Shown here piece by piece: positions 9,451 to 17,900 of a stretch of 35,553 nt of DNA. Below the pieces are notes generated by a model. That model was not told the DNA's origin. It ran no database searches and saw only the letters and a program-made list of their open reading frames with translations. A program made the translations under genes and the position numbers. Source of the DNA: a virus (Duplodnaviria > Caudoviricetes); IMG/VR virus record IMGVR_UViG_3300042465_007798, positions 1-35,553 of that record. One strand, given 5' to 3'. Each line of letters starts with the position of its first letter. Position 1 is the stretch's first letter.

Positions 9451-9779
9451 TTATAACTCCAAGCAATATAATTGGATTGATCTACAATCACACACACATC
9501 TTGCGGATGACAGTGTGTACCAGTGATACTGGGTATTAGTTTGTTGACTTTGGGTCGTGCAAGTTTTATCAGTTTGCCGTCAACTACCCGTACTTCCATG
9601 GATGCCAGTTGATAAGTGTCACGGTCAACATCAATGTAATTACCTGGCAAGTCTTCCATGGTGTATACTATGGGGCTACCATCTTCTTTGTAATACAGTC
9701 TAAAAAATATTGGCTCTGGCTCTGGCCAATGAAATTCTTTAATTGCTTGCCAAAAGTTGTCTGTGGTCTCTTGACTCAT
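9447..9779 (-). CDS. Hypothetical protein (110 aa)
   Basis: Start reassigned to MSQETTDNF (ATG 9779), giving ATGA overlaps with the neighbouring genes at both ends. Confidence 0.75.
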   Translation of the reverse strand: MSQETTDNFWQAIKEFHWPEPEPIFFRLYYKEDGSPIVYTMEDLPGNYIDVDRDTYQLASMEVRVVDGKLIKLARPKVNKLIPSITGTHCHPQDVCVIVDQSNYIAWSYK

Positions 9780-10516
9780 GCGGTCTGCCAATCTTTGATG
9801 TGGTAGTGAACAAATCCGTGTTGTGCCACAGTATGTATTCGCAATCCAGGATTGGTTAATTCCCATACCAATTCTTGCGTCCAATCCTGTGTATGCGTGG
9901 GCTGTATGTAGCGTTTCATATGCACTATACTAGGTCCAAACTTTGGGGGTAAGGTGACTCGTTCTGGTCCTAGTATCACAGCAGCCATGGCATACACAAC
10001 ATCAGTGCTGGGTGTGCTGTCAGGAAACTTGAGAAGTAGTTGATATTGATCCCAGTTTTCAAATATTGTGCGAACTAGTTCAAAAAATTCTCTGGCGGTA
10101 TCACTGCGCCTCCAGTATGTTATTGCATTATAGACATCAGGTAATTGATTGTTATCAAATAGCTTGCGATAAAATCTTGATTGTGCAGGTGTATCATAGA
10201 TTGTTCTACATCCTTGACTAACCACAACATCACGTTTTTCAAACATGGTCCACCAATGATCAACTGGGCTGGCTGCGATCATGTCAGCTTCTAGTTTAAT
10301 TGTCTGACGATAAGGACTAGCGTAAAAACATTGCCAATCATTGGCAAAGCCGCCAATGTCGCCATGTGGTAACATTTCTTTTGTTAAAATAGTTATGTTG
10401 GCAGCCGGGTGCCAGCCTCGTATGCTGTTGGCCAATTGCTCTGCACAAGCAACATAATCTATTGTGCCAGTGTTAATAGCTGGTATCAAATACCCACGTT
10501 CAGCAACTATTTGCAA
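9776..10516 (-). CDS. Putative GT-A (GT8-like) glycosyltransferase, paralog B
   Basis: GYLIPAIN...DYVACA...SPYRQTIKLEADM...STDVVYAMA...IVHMK. Probable TTG start at 10516 with GGAG just upstream. The ORF-track start at 10609 overlaps the upstream gene heavily. Confidence 0.7.
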   Translation of the reverse strand: MQIVAERGYLIPAINTGTIDYVACAEQLANSIRGWHPAANITILTKEMLPHGDIGGFANDWQCFYASPYRQTIKLEADMIAASPVDHWWTMFEKRDVVVSQGCRTIYDTPAQSRFYRKLFDNNQLPDVYNAITYWRRSDTAREFFELVRTIFENWDQYQLLLKFPDSTPSTDVVYAMAAVILGPERVTLPPKFGPSIVHMKRYIQPTHTQDWTQELVWELTNPGLRIHTVAQHGFVHYHIKDWQTA

Positions 10517-11297
10517 TGATTTCTCCCAATTGTTGTTTTCCCAGGGCATGAAAGTCTTGATTGTGCAGTTGTATATACTGTGGTCGTCCGGTAGCACCGA
10601 TGTATTCAACTTGATAGCTGTCAGTACCAGTCTGCGTTATTTTATGCTTTGGCTCTAAAGTGGCCAACTTCCAAGGTATGCCGTGATGATCGACTGCATG
10701 ACCGTTTACAACTCCAAGTGCTACACTCAAAGCATGATCATTACGATAGGCTTTTGAAGAGCTACGATACAATCGTTTGTAGTGTGGCCAATTGTGTTTG
10801 ACCATGGTCATGATTTCAAAAATTTGTTGTGTCCTAGCACTCCGCCGAAACATCATTACTGTAGCCCACCACATGGGCATGCGATGATCGCCAAAGAAAT
10901 TATATTCTGAGAAATCAGTGTTACCAGTAACATCATAGGCCCAGCGATGTGCTAGAAATTCTTCTGGGCTTGATAACAATACTTTAAGACTGTTGCCGGC
11001 AACTACATAATCCGCATCCAGTACTAACGTGCAATCAAACGGTGAAAGATGATATGCATCAACTCGCCCGGCGTTGTGCCAGGTCACAGTGGCGTCATAG
11101 TCTTCAAAATATCTAGTACCCCCGGCTTCAGCCTCGACCAAAATTACATGATCAAACCCAACGGCTGTTGCAACATTTGTAACTACCGCAACTGGTATGC
11201 CAAGATGCCTGCGTACATTTTTAGCACACCAAGCTGCCATGGATACATAGTCAGTTTCTTCGTTGTTGAAGGCAAAAATTAATGCTCCAGTTGTCAT
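10500..11297 (-). CDS. Putative GT-A (GT8-like) glycosyltransferase, paralog A
   Basis: GALIFAFN...DYVSMA...VAVVT...SPFDCTLVLDADY (DxD)...RNDHALSVA...FHALGK. Confidence 0.75.
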   Translation of the reverse strand: MTTGALIFAFNNEETDYVSMAAWCAKNVRRHLGIPVAVVTNVATAVGFDHVILVEAEAGGTRYFEDYDATVTWHNAGRVDAYHLSPFDCTLVLDADYVVAGNSLKVLLSSPEEFLAHRWAYDVTGNTDFSEYNFFGDHRMPMWWATVMMFRRSARTQQIFEIMTMVKHNWPHYKRLYRSSSKAYRNDHALSVALGVVNGHAVDHHGIPWKLATLEPKHKITQTGTDSYQVEYIGATGRPQYIQLHNQDFHALGKQQLGEIIANSC

Positions 11298-11602
11298 CGA
11301 TTTTTAGATAGTGTTTCATACTCTAGTAGCCATGCAGTCATCTGTTCTTGCCAACGTCCCAATGCTAGATATTGTAGCTCACTTGGATTGATTTTTACAG
11401 GTGTCTCATATAGATCCAAAATTACCATTTCATCTTCTACTGGAATGGCCTGTAACAACGTCAACAGCTCGGGTCCAGCACACCACATACCACCATTGTA
11501 GGCAAACAATAATTTGGCCTGGTACTTTTCTTTGAGCACACGCTTTGCTGTTGCATGGTCAAATCTAGCACGACTTTGTGAGATTAAATCATCAGTATTC
11601 AT
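11294..11602 (-). CDS. Hypothetical protein (102 aa), first gene of the GT/rSAM operon
   Basis: Clean ORF directly downstream of the promoter, with an ATGA overlap with the next gene. Confidence 0.8.
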   Translation of the reverse strand: MNTDDLISQSRARFDHATAKRVLKEKYQAKLLFAYNGGMWCAGPELLTLLQAIPVEDEMVILDLYETPVKINPSELQYLALGRWQEQMTAWLLEYETLSKNR

Positions 11603-11608
11603 AGATTA

Positions 11609-11637
11609 ATTATACAGGAATTACCGACAAAAGTAAA
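11609..11637 (-). promoter_or_regulatory. Sigma70/T4-early-like promoter TTTACT-N17-TATAAT driving the GT/rSAM operon
   Basis: Minus strand has TTTACT at 11637-11632, a 17-nt spacer and TATAAT at 11614-11609. The -10 also reads TATAATTA, one mismatch from the T4 late consensus TATAAATA. Confidence 0.6.
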
Positions 11638-11655
11638 GGGCCTGCAGGCCCTTTT
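11627..11655 (-). terminator. Rho-independent terminator ending the tail module
   Basis: Perfect 20-bp palindrome AAAGGGCCTGCAGGCCCTTT (11635-11654). The GC stem is followed on the minus strand by TTTACTTTT and lies ~20 nt after the stop of the 332-aa gene. Confidence 0.8.
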
Positions 11656-11672
11656 GGTTAACCAGCCACCTA

Positions 11673-12671
11673 TTAGGTAATTGCGGCTGCCACAGCAGGA
11701 GTTCCCCAACTGGGAGTTAGATAGGTAGTTGATGGTGGCACAAATCGGCAAAGAGTTGTTGGTGCTGTACCAAATGATGAGAATGGGCTTACAGTATCAG
11801 TACCGCCAGAAATAACGCGATCCTGTCCTGCGCCACCGGCTGCGGTATTGACCCAGGTGGTCACAAATGTCAACACTGTGGATCCTGCATTCAGTGCCAC
11901 AGTTGTTTGAATATAGTTACTGGTGTAGGCTGCAGAATCATCAGTTAGTCTAAATAAGGTTGTTGCGCCTGCGCCAGCAGTTAAGTTGTAATAACCAGTG
12001 GTGGTTGCCAGTGTGGTTTGAGTACCGCCTGTGCCATTCAAACGTGTGGTACCTGTGTAGGCCTGACCAGCAATGGTTTGTGAGGCGCCGTTGACACGTC
12101 CAGAAAAATAGATCTGCCCACATTCCCCGGCCAGTGTATTCCAATCTGCATCACTGTCTGTGCCTGTGCTTGTCTTGCTGTAGTCTAGGCGTATTAACCC
12201 GCCAGCATTGAAGAAGTAACGTGCCGAGTTGGCATCGGCAAAAGTCACAGTGTGTGTAAATGTGATGGTCCAGGCGCTGCCACCCGAACCGGTTGATGAA
12301 GTTTTTGCTGTGCTTCCAGTCCAAGTTGAACTAATTGAACCTGATGCGGCTGCATTTCCTCTGTTCAACGTAATTGTATTAATATCAGTGCCCACGTTGG
12401 ACAACACACTAATAACGCTACCAGCTGTGGGTTGAGTTCTTGCTGTGAGGGTTGAGCTAGTTTGAGTTCCTGCCGTGGCAATGTTGGCAACCAAAGTTGC
12501 CCACTGAGTAGCTGTCACAGTACCTGCGGCAGCTACTGTGGTGATAGCTGTTTGTCCCCATCCTTTGTCACCAGAGCCAGTGCTCCATATGGCATTTACG
12601 TTATTGGCACCATCGTTGGCAAAGCCATTGTAGTCTGCTGCCTGAATCAACCCACCGCTTGAATATGTCAT
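11673..12671 (-). CDS. Virion structural protein, fibre-like, Thr/Gly/Ala/Ser-rich
   Basis: Composition is dominated by T/G/A/S with beta-rich segments. Last gene of the tail module, with an AGGA SD-like sequence upstream. Confidence 0.65.
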   Translation of the reverse strand: MTYSSGGLIQAADYNGFANDGANNVNAIWSTGSGDKGWGQTAITTVAAAGTVTATQWATLVANIATAGTQTSSTLTARTQPTAGSVISVLSNVGTDINTITLNRGNAAASGSISSTWTGSTAKTSSTGSGGSAWTITFTHTVTFADANSARYFFNAGGLIRLDYSKTSTGTDSDADWNTLAGECGQIYFSGRVNGASQTIAGQAYTGTTRLNGTGGTQTTLATTTGYYNLTAGAGATTLFRLTDDSAAYTSNYIQTTVALNAGSTVLTFVTTWVNTAAGGAGQDRVISGGTDTVSPFSSFGTAPTTLCRFVPPSTTYLTPSWGTPAVAAAIT

Positions 12672-12686
12672 GTTATTATCCTGTTA

Positions 12687-14084
12687 TTATTTTATTGTTA
12701 CAATGGCTTCAACCATACCATGGTCAACGCTGTGTTTATCAACTAGTGCTCGACCAATAACATTAAAGGATGTTGCTTCGCCTGATTGTGCTGCCCTAGC
12801 AATTCCATTGCCAGCTGATACAAGGCGATCACCTTTGCGCACTACGCCTACTACCTTGACTGGCACACGTCCAGTCATTGCAATTGGAGGATGTGTAAAG
12901 TCTGACCCTGCACCAGAGTTCATTAAATAGGCTGCTCTTGTACTTACCACGCCAAACACATTTTCGCTTAGATCAGTGATGCTTTTTGTAATTTCAGCAA
13001 CGCCGCCAAGTTCAACTACTGTGCCTGCATCAAGAACTTCATCGGCAGCAAATCTTTCTGCCACGTCAGCGTACTGTGCACTGGTTGATTTAGCAAACAC
13101 TGTATTAAAATAACTGCTAGAACTGCCAATGTTGCCTACTCCGTTACCGGCTGCGTTGATAATTGCTGTGGCTGCCGCACTAGAATTGATATTCAACACA
13201 GTTGGCAGAGATACAACACCAGTTGATCCATTCACCGATATCACAGATGTAACAACACCGCCAATGTTAGCTTTGATTGAAAGATTGGCATCAGATGTTC
13301 TATTTTGCAATGTAACTTCTGATGTAGCACCATTGACTACAATTTGTGCGTCTTGGTTGGCGCCTACAAACAATCCGGTGTTGTTTAAAATTCCAATTGT
13401 ACCACTAGTGGTCACATTGGTATTGGCTCGGAGAAAGTCAGTGCTGTCTAGTCCATCCAATGTTTGTGAGTCAGTGGCTGTGCCACGGAACAATGCACTG
13501 CTTACTGTAGAACTAAGTTGCAATCCTGGACCAATTGTGGTAAATCCAGTGATTGGCGTTTGTGGAGTAAATGTAGAATCTTTAGAAACAATACCAACAA
13601 TTGTGTCGTTTACGTAAAATTGAAGAATAACGTGTTGTGCTCCCGGGGATTGGTCTGTTACGGTAGTAACAATTGCACCAGAAGTTCCCTGACCAGAGCT
13701 GCTGGCCGGGCCAACCAAGATCCAGGCAGTACCATTATAAACTTTCAACTGCTGGTTAACTGTGTCAAACCACAAGTCTCCGGCAACGTTACTTGATGGT
13801 GCACTAGAACTTGCAGTAGAGGCACTAATAACTTTAAAAGTTGTACCGTTGTACACCTTCATCACGTTATTGGTTTTATCCCACCATAATTGTCCAGTAA
13901 GTGGTGCGCTGGGTGCCACAGTGTTTGAGCCACTTTCAAGCAAGTGGATGAAATTCTCATCCAAAAACTCGCCATAACCGGCGTAGTTTTTACCCACTAG
14001 AATCATGCTGGAACCAGTGTTGATGGTACCATCTGCTATTGTAGCAAATATGCTCCCATCGGTAAGATTAATCGTATATGCCAT
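12687..14084 (-). CDS. Tail fibre-like protein with C-terminal intramolecular chaperone (peptidase G2/S74-like) domain
   Basis: Two G(Q/D)LW(W/F)D-x5-(M/L)KVYNG repeats and LDGLDSTDFLR. C-terminus reads YADVAERF...GTVV...FGVVST...AMTGRVPVKVVGVVRKGDRLV...IGRAL. GGAG SD upstream. Confidence 0.75.
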   Translation of the reverse strand: MAYTINLTDGSIFATIADGTINTGSSMILVGKNYAGYGEFLDENFIHLLESGSNTVAPSAPLTGQLWWDKTNNVMKVYNGTTFKVISASTASSSAPSSNVAGDLWFDTVNQQLKVYNGTAWILVGPASSSGQGTSGAIVTTVTDQSPGAQHVILQFYVNDTIVGIVSKDSTFTPQTPITGFTTIGPGLQLSSTVSSALFRGTATDSQTLDGLDSTDFLRANTNVTTSGTIGILNNTGLFVGANQDAQIVVNGATSEVTLQNRTSDANLSIKANIGGVVTSVISVNGSTGVVSLPTVLNINSSAAATAIINAAGNGVGNIGSSSSYFNTVFAKSTSAQYADVAERFAADEVLDAGTVVELGGVAEITKSITDLSENVFGVVSTRAAYLMNSGAGSDFTHPPIAMTGRVPVKVVGVVRKGDRLVSAGNGIARAAQSGEATSFNVIGRALVDKHSVDHGMVEAIVTIK

Positions 14085-14106
14085 TCTTTATTACTCCATC
14101 TGTCAG

Positions 14107-14114
14107 TATTTATT
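14107..14114 (-). promoter_or_regulatory. T4-late-like promoter motif (AATAAATA)
   Basis: Intergenic, 22 nt upstream of ATG 14084. A second copy, CATAAATA, at 14132-14139 overlaps the previous stop codon. Confidence 0.6.
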
Positions 14115-14134
14115 GCAAGATTTTCTGCTAATAT

Positions 14135-14740
14135 TTATGCAAGACTCAGGTTAGTCAACGTCTGAATTCTTACAGTATAGTCAATTTGAATCTGACGATT
14201 CAAGCTTTTTTGCACTGGGTGAAAAATCACATGGGTCAACAACATTAATTCTGCGGCGGACCCTTCCCAGGCTTTTAATCCAAGTTCATCAAAAACAAAT
14301 TCACCATTGAAATTTGTGCTGTTATCAAATGCCTGTTGTCCGGTTGGCTCACCGTAATCCAACAAGCAAGATACTAGCACATCGGTATAAATTTCCCCAG
14401 ATGTGTGTAAAACTGTAATTTTGTTCCTCAAAGGATCAGTATTGGCAGCAGAGTTATCATCTACTACTTTAATGTAAGTTTGATTGTACAGATCAGCATT
14501 TTGCCCTATTGTATTGGGCGGCAAGTATGTAATAACTCCAGTGGGGTCCACTGCTGATCCACCGTTGCCGAACGCCATGGCATAGATAAATCCAAGGTTT
14601 TTATTGGCAATGCTTTGGGCCAAGCCAATGCTCATGTTTTCGTAATGAATGGCGTTTTTCTTATCAACAAAAATGGTGCCATCATTGGGATCGTAAATTT
14701 TTACAAATCCCTGTACTGATACTGGTATTACTGGCATCAT
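14135..14740 (-). CDS. Virion structural protein, probable baseplate/fibre-attachment subunit
   Basis: MAFGNGG...FVFDELGL...LLTHVIFHPVQK...IDYTVRI resembles the pattern of myophage fibre-proximal/baseplate domains. Lies between the giant protein and the fibre genes. Confidence 0.6.
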   Translation of the reverse strand: MMPVIPVSVQGFVKIYDPNDGTIFVDKKNAIHYENMSIGLAQSIANKNLGFIYAMAFGNGGSAVDPTGVITYLPPNTIGQNADLYNQTYIKVVDDNSAANTDPLRNKITVLHTSGEIYTDVLVSCLLDYGEPTGQQAFDNSTNFNGEFVFDELGLKAWEGSAAELMLLTHVIFHPVQKSLNRQIQIDYTVRIQTLTNLSLA

Positions 14741-14889
14741 GCTCGCGTCTCCAACAGCACTTGCTGAGTTTTGGGGTCATAGATCTTTATATGGCAATCA
14801 ATTTGTATGTTGCCTAGATCATCAGGCTTTTTGTCGCGAGCCCGGGCTTCTGGTTGTTTTTCTTGCATATTTTGATCTTTGAAATTCAT
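14737..14889 (-). CDS. Small protein (50 aa, or 43 aa from ATG 14868) similar to the N-terminus of the downstream 201-aa protein
   Basis: Fills the gap after the giant gene, follows an AATAAATA motif and has an ATGA overlap with the next gene. IQIDCHIKIYDP aligns with VSVQGFVKIYDP. Confidence 0.65.
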   Translation of the reverse strand: MNFKDQNMQEKQPEARARDKKPDDLGNIQIDCHIKIYDPKTQQVLLETRA

Positions 14890-14893
14890 CAAG

Positions 14894-14901
14894 TATTTAT
14901 T
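14894..14901 (-). promoter_or_regulatory. T4-late-like promoter motif (AATAAATA)
   Basis: Sits in the 16-nt gap between the giant gene stop (14906) and ATG 14889. Confidence 0.55.
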
Positions 14902-14905
14902 CCAG

Positions 14906-17900
14906 TTATTTGTCACACAAAAACTGTGCGGCTCGAGTATCGGTGTATTGCAATCCAACCCCGTCATATGCAGTGGTAGAACCTGGGCCGTACCATCCAA
15001 GTCCCTGACGTACTCGAATAGTGACTTGGTATCCTTGATCTGGCGCTGTTTCAAATGTCACAGTAACTGACTCTGAAGAGTCATCAACATCATCTGTGTA
15101 ACCAGTTAGTTGTAGCGTTCCGCCCACAAACACTTGTACTGCTAGAGTAAGATCTGTGGAATCAAACAGTGTTAGATCTTGTAAACTAAAATCAGCAACA
15201 AATGTAGTAGTGTTGCCATCACCGAGATAGTTTGATTCAACATATTGATTTTGGTAAGCTTGATCTAAATAATTTCCAATGCCAATGTCATAGACTGCTG
15301 TGTCAGCAAGGTGGTTGGCTGCCGCAGTACCAGCAGTTCCTCGACGCAATCCACTTAGAGTATTGTTGGCAGTATCTCTGGTTCTATAAGAAATACGCTC
15401 ACCATTGATGGTAATAAGACCAAACAGTCCTTGTTCCAAATAGGGTTCTGCCAATGCGCTGGCGTTGACAACATGTATCACATCATCAGTGGCCAATAAG
15501 GCTTGTGACAATAAAGTAGTTGTGGCAGCAGTCATTCGATATGTGCTTTGAATTCCTCGCATATCTTGGAATATTCTAAATTCCACTGCTTCTGGAACTA
15601 CGTTTTGAGTTGTGCTGGTGATTACCACTACATCACTTGCATTAATTGCAGGACCAGAAACAATTACTGTGGTTCCGCTGGTGGTGAATCCACGACCGCT
15701 AAACAAGAATCTACCGTTGAGTGTAACTGTCAATCTTTCTGGATTGTCAATGTTGCGACCAGTATCAAAAATGTTTGTAACAATTTGAATACCTGTACTA
15801 AAATCAAAGCTTCCTAGAGTGTTGTTCAGAGTTGCATCATCGTAGACTGTTTCGTCGTAGCCCTGGCTAATTATTTCGCCTTGTGTATTTGGTCCAACAA
15901 ATACTTGAGTCAACAATCCTTGTTCTGATGTGTCATTCCAAGTGGTTATGTCAATGATGTCACCAAGTTGCGGTATTAGGCCAGCTGCTGGTTGAAATTC
16001 AAGTATGTTTCCATTCACCCAATATTGTGCCGCTGTTCTTACTGCAACTAACACCACTGAACCGGCAGCAGGAGCAGTTGTTAGTGTCACTGTGCGTAGA
16101 GTTGACCCGTCCCAGGCATCTACAATAAATCCAGTGCCAAGAATTAATGCAGTATCGTTTACGTAAACCGATACATCATTGTTGGCAACTATGCCTTGGC
16201 TATATCCACCATTGCTTGGCAAATTGTACACAGTCTGTGCGTTATCGCCAATATACCTTGCACTTTCTGACGGCCTGGCTCGTACACCATTACGTGTTAC
16301 AATTAGATTTATTGGATTAGTTCCCTGCAGACTATTGGTCAACGTAACTGATAACCCGCCGTTGGCTATCCACGTTTGTGTTACTGGCAAACTCCAACTG
16401 TGAGTGGTTCCAGTTGGTGCGTAACCCAGCACTGTTAATGTAATCCTATCTGAGCTTGTGTATATTGAATCAAACGTCAACAGCGAAGATGAATTGTCAA
16501 TTGCAGTTAACGTGTATTCAGTGTCAGCAATATATGTTTGGCCATTGTAAATCGCAAAACTATCAATCATGTCAGCTGGGAAAGGTATGACCACCGAAGA
16601 ATCTATGATATCAGATCCAAGATACGTTTTGCTACAGAGCTGGTTGCCGCCACCTGTGGCAAACACTTCCAATGTAATCACATCACCGTTGCTTGCTCCG
16701 GTGCCAACCTCAAGTTGATAATTTGCCCAATCATAAGAAGTAGGAGTAATTACTAGACCTTGAGTTACATTATAGGCAAGTACCACCATTGGGAATGGCA
16801 ATAAGTTGGCAAATGAATATGTTGTGTTTGTTGAGTCGTAGAAGTAACTTACGCTGGCTTCTGGACTACCGTGTCCCAGGCCGCGCCAATCTGCGCCAGG
16901 TGTTGTATACACACGCATGTCCAGTGTGTCGTATACTATACCAGGTACCAGTTCTTCTGGTGCGTGGCTTTCGTATGTGTCAACAAATGCGCCGCCGTCG
17001 ACTGTGACTGCATTGGCCGGGCCAGTGGTTGGTGGGTTCCCATCATATGCTGGGGCTGGCAATATACCCAGGTATGGATCTGTGAAGTTGCTTTGGTAAA
17101 TTGCATCTAAAATTGCTGGATCGTAGGTGGGTATGCCATCGGGTCCATAAGATATATTATCAAATGGGTCAATATCAAAATTTCCTACATCATAGCCAGT
17201 GTCGCGATTAAAGTCCGGAGCTGCCACTTGCACGCCGGGATAATCAACACCAGAAATCAACAATGCAAGATCAAGTCCGGGTTCGTTGACCCTTGGAACA
17301 TAATAACCCATGGTACGGTCAACCCCGCTCAATGCACTGGCAGCAATCAAAGTCCATTGCTCGGGGTCAAAAGATGCACTATTAACTGTGGCAACAGCTG
17401 ACCATACACGGTTATCATATCTTACCAAGGTACCAGTTGCATAATCAACATTGGCTTGCCATTCTAAAACATTGCTGGTATATTGGTACCTGTCATATCG
17501 CATTGTTGTTAAAATGTTGCGGACTTGTTGGTTGCCCATTACTGCCACTGCTGTGGCTCCCGACCCGTTGCCTTCGCTTAGTGTGATTGTGGCTGTGGTG
17601 CTGTAACCGAGACCTGGATCAATGACATTAATGCTGGTAACCCTGCCGGTACTGTTTATTTGTGCCACCATCACTGCTTGTTGCACACAATCACCAGTTA
17701 CAGTTACCACCGGTGGGCTGGTATAGCCTGACCCACCATTAACAACTGTCACTGATTGGATACTCAACAAATAATTTTGATACCATTGATTCCAGGGAAA
17801 AGTTTGCCAAGTTGACGAAGTACTTGGAACGCTGGAAGTTGTACTCAATGTCCCGGTGTTATCTAATACTGGGCTAATAAACAACTGTTGTAACGGATCC

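Noticed and set aside
14890-15054. N-terminal extension of the 105-aa tracked ORF (14737-15054)
   Set aside because: It overlaps the end of the giant gene. The promoter-like motif at 14894-14901 favours a start at 14889 or 14868.
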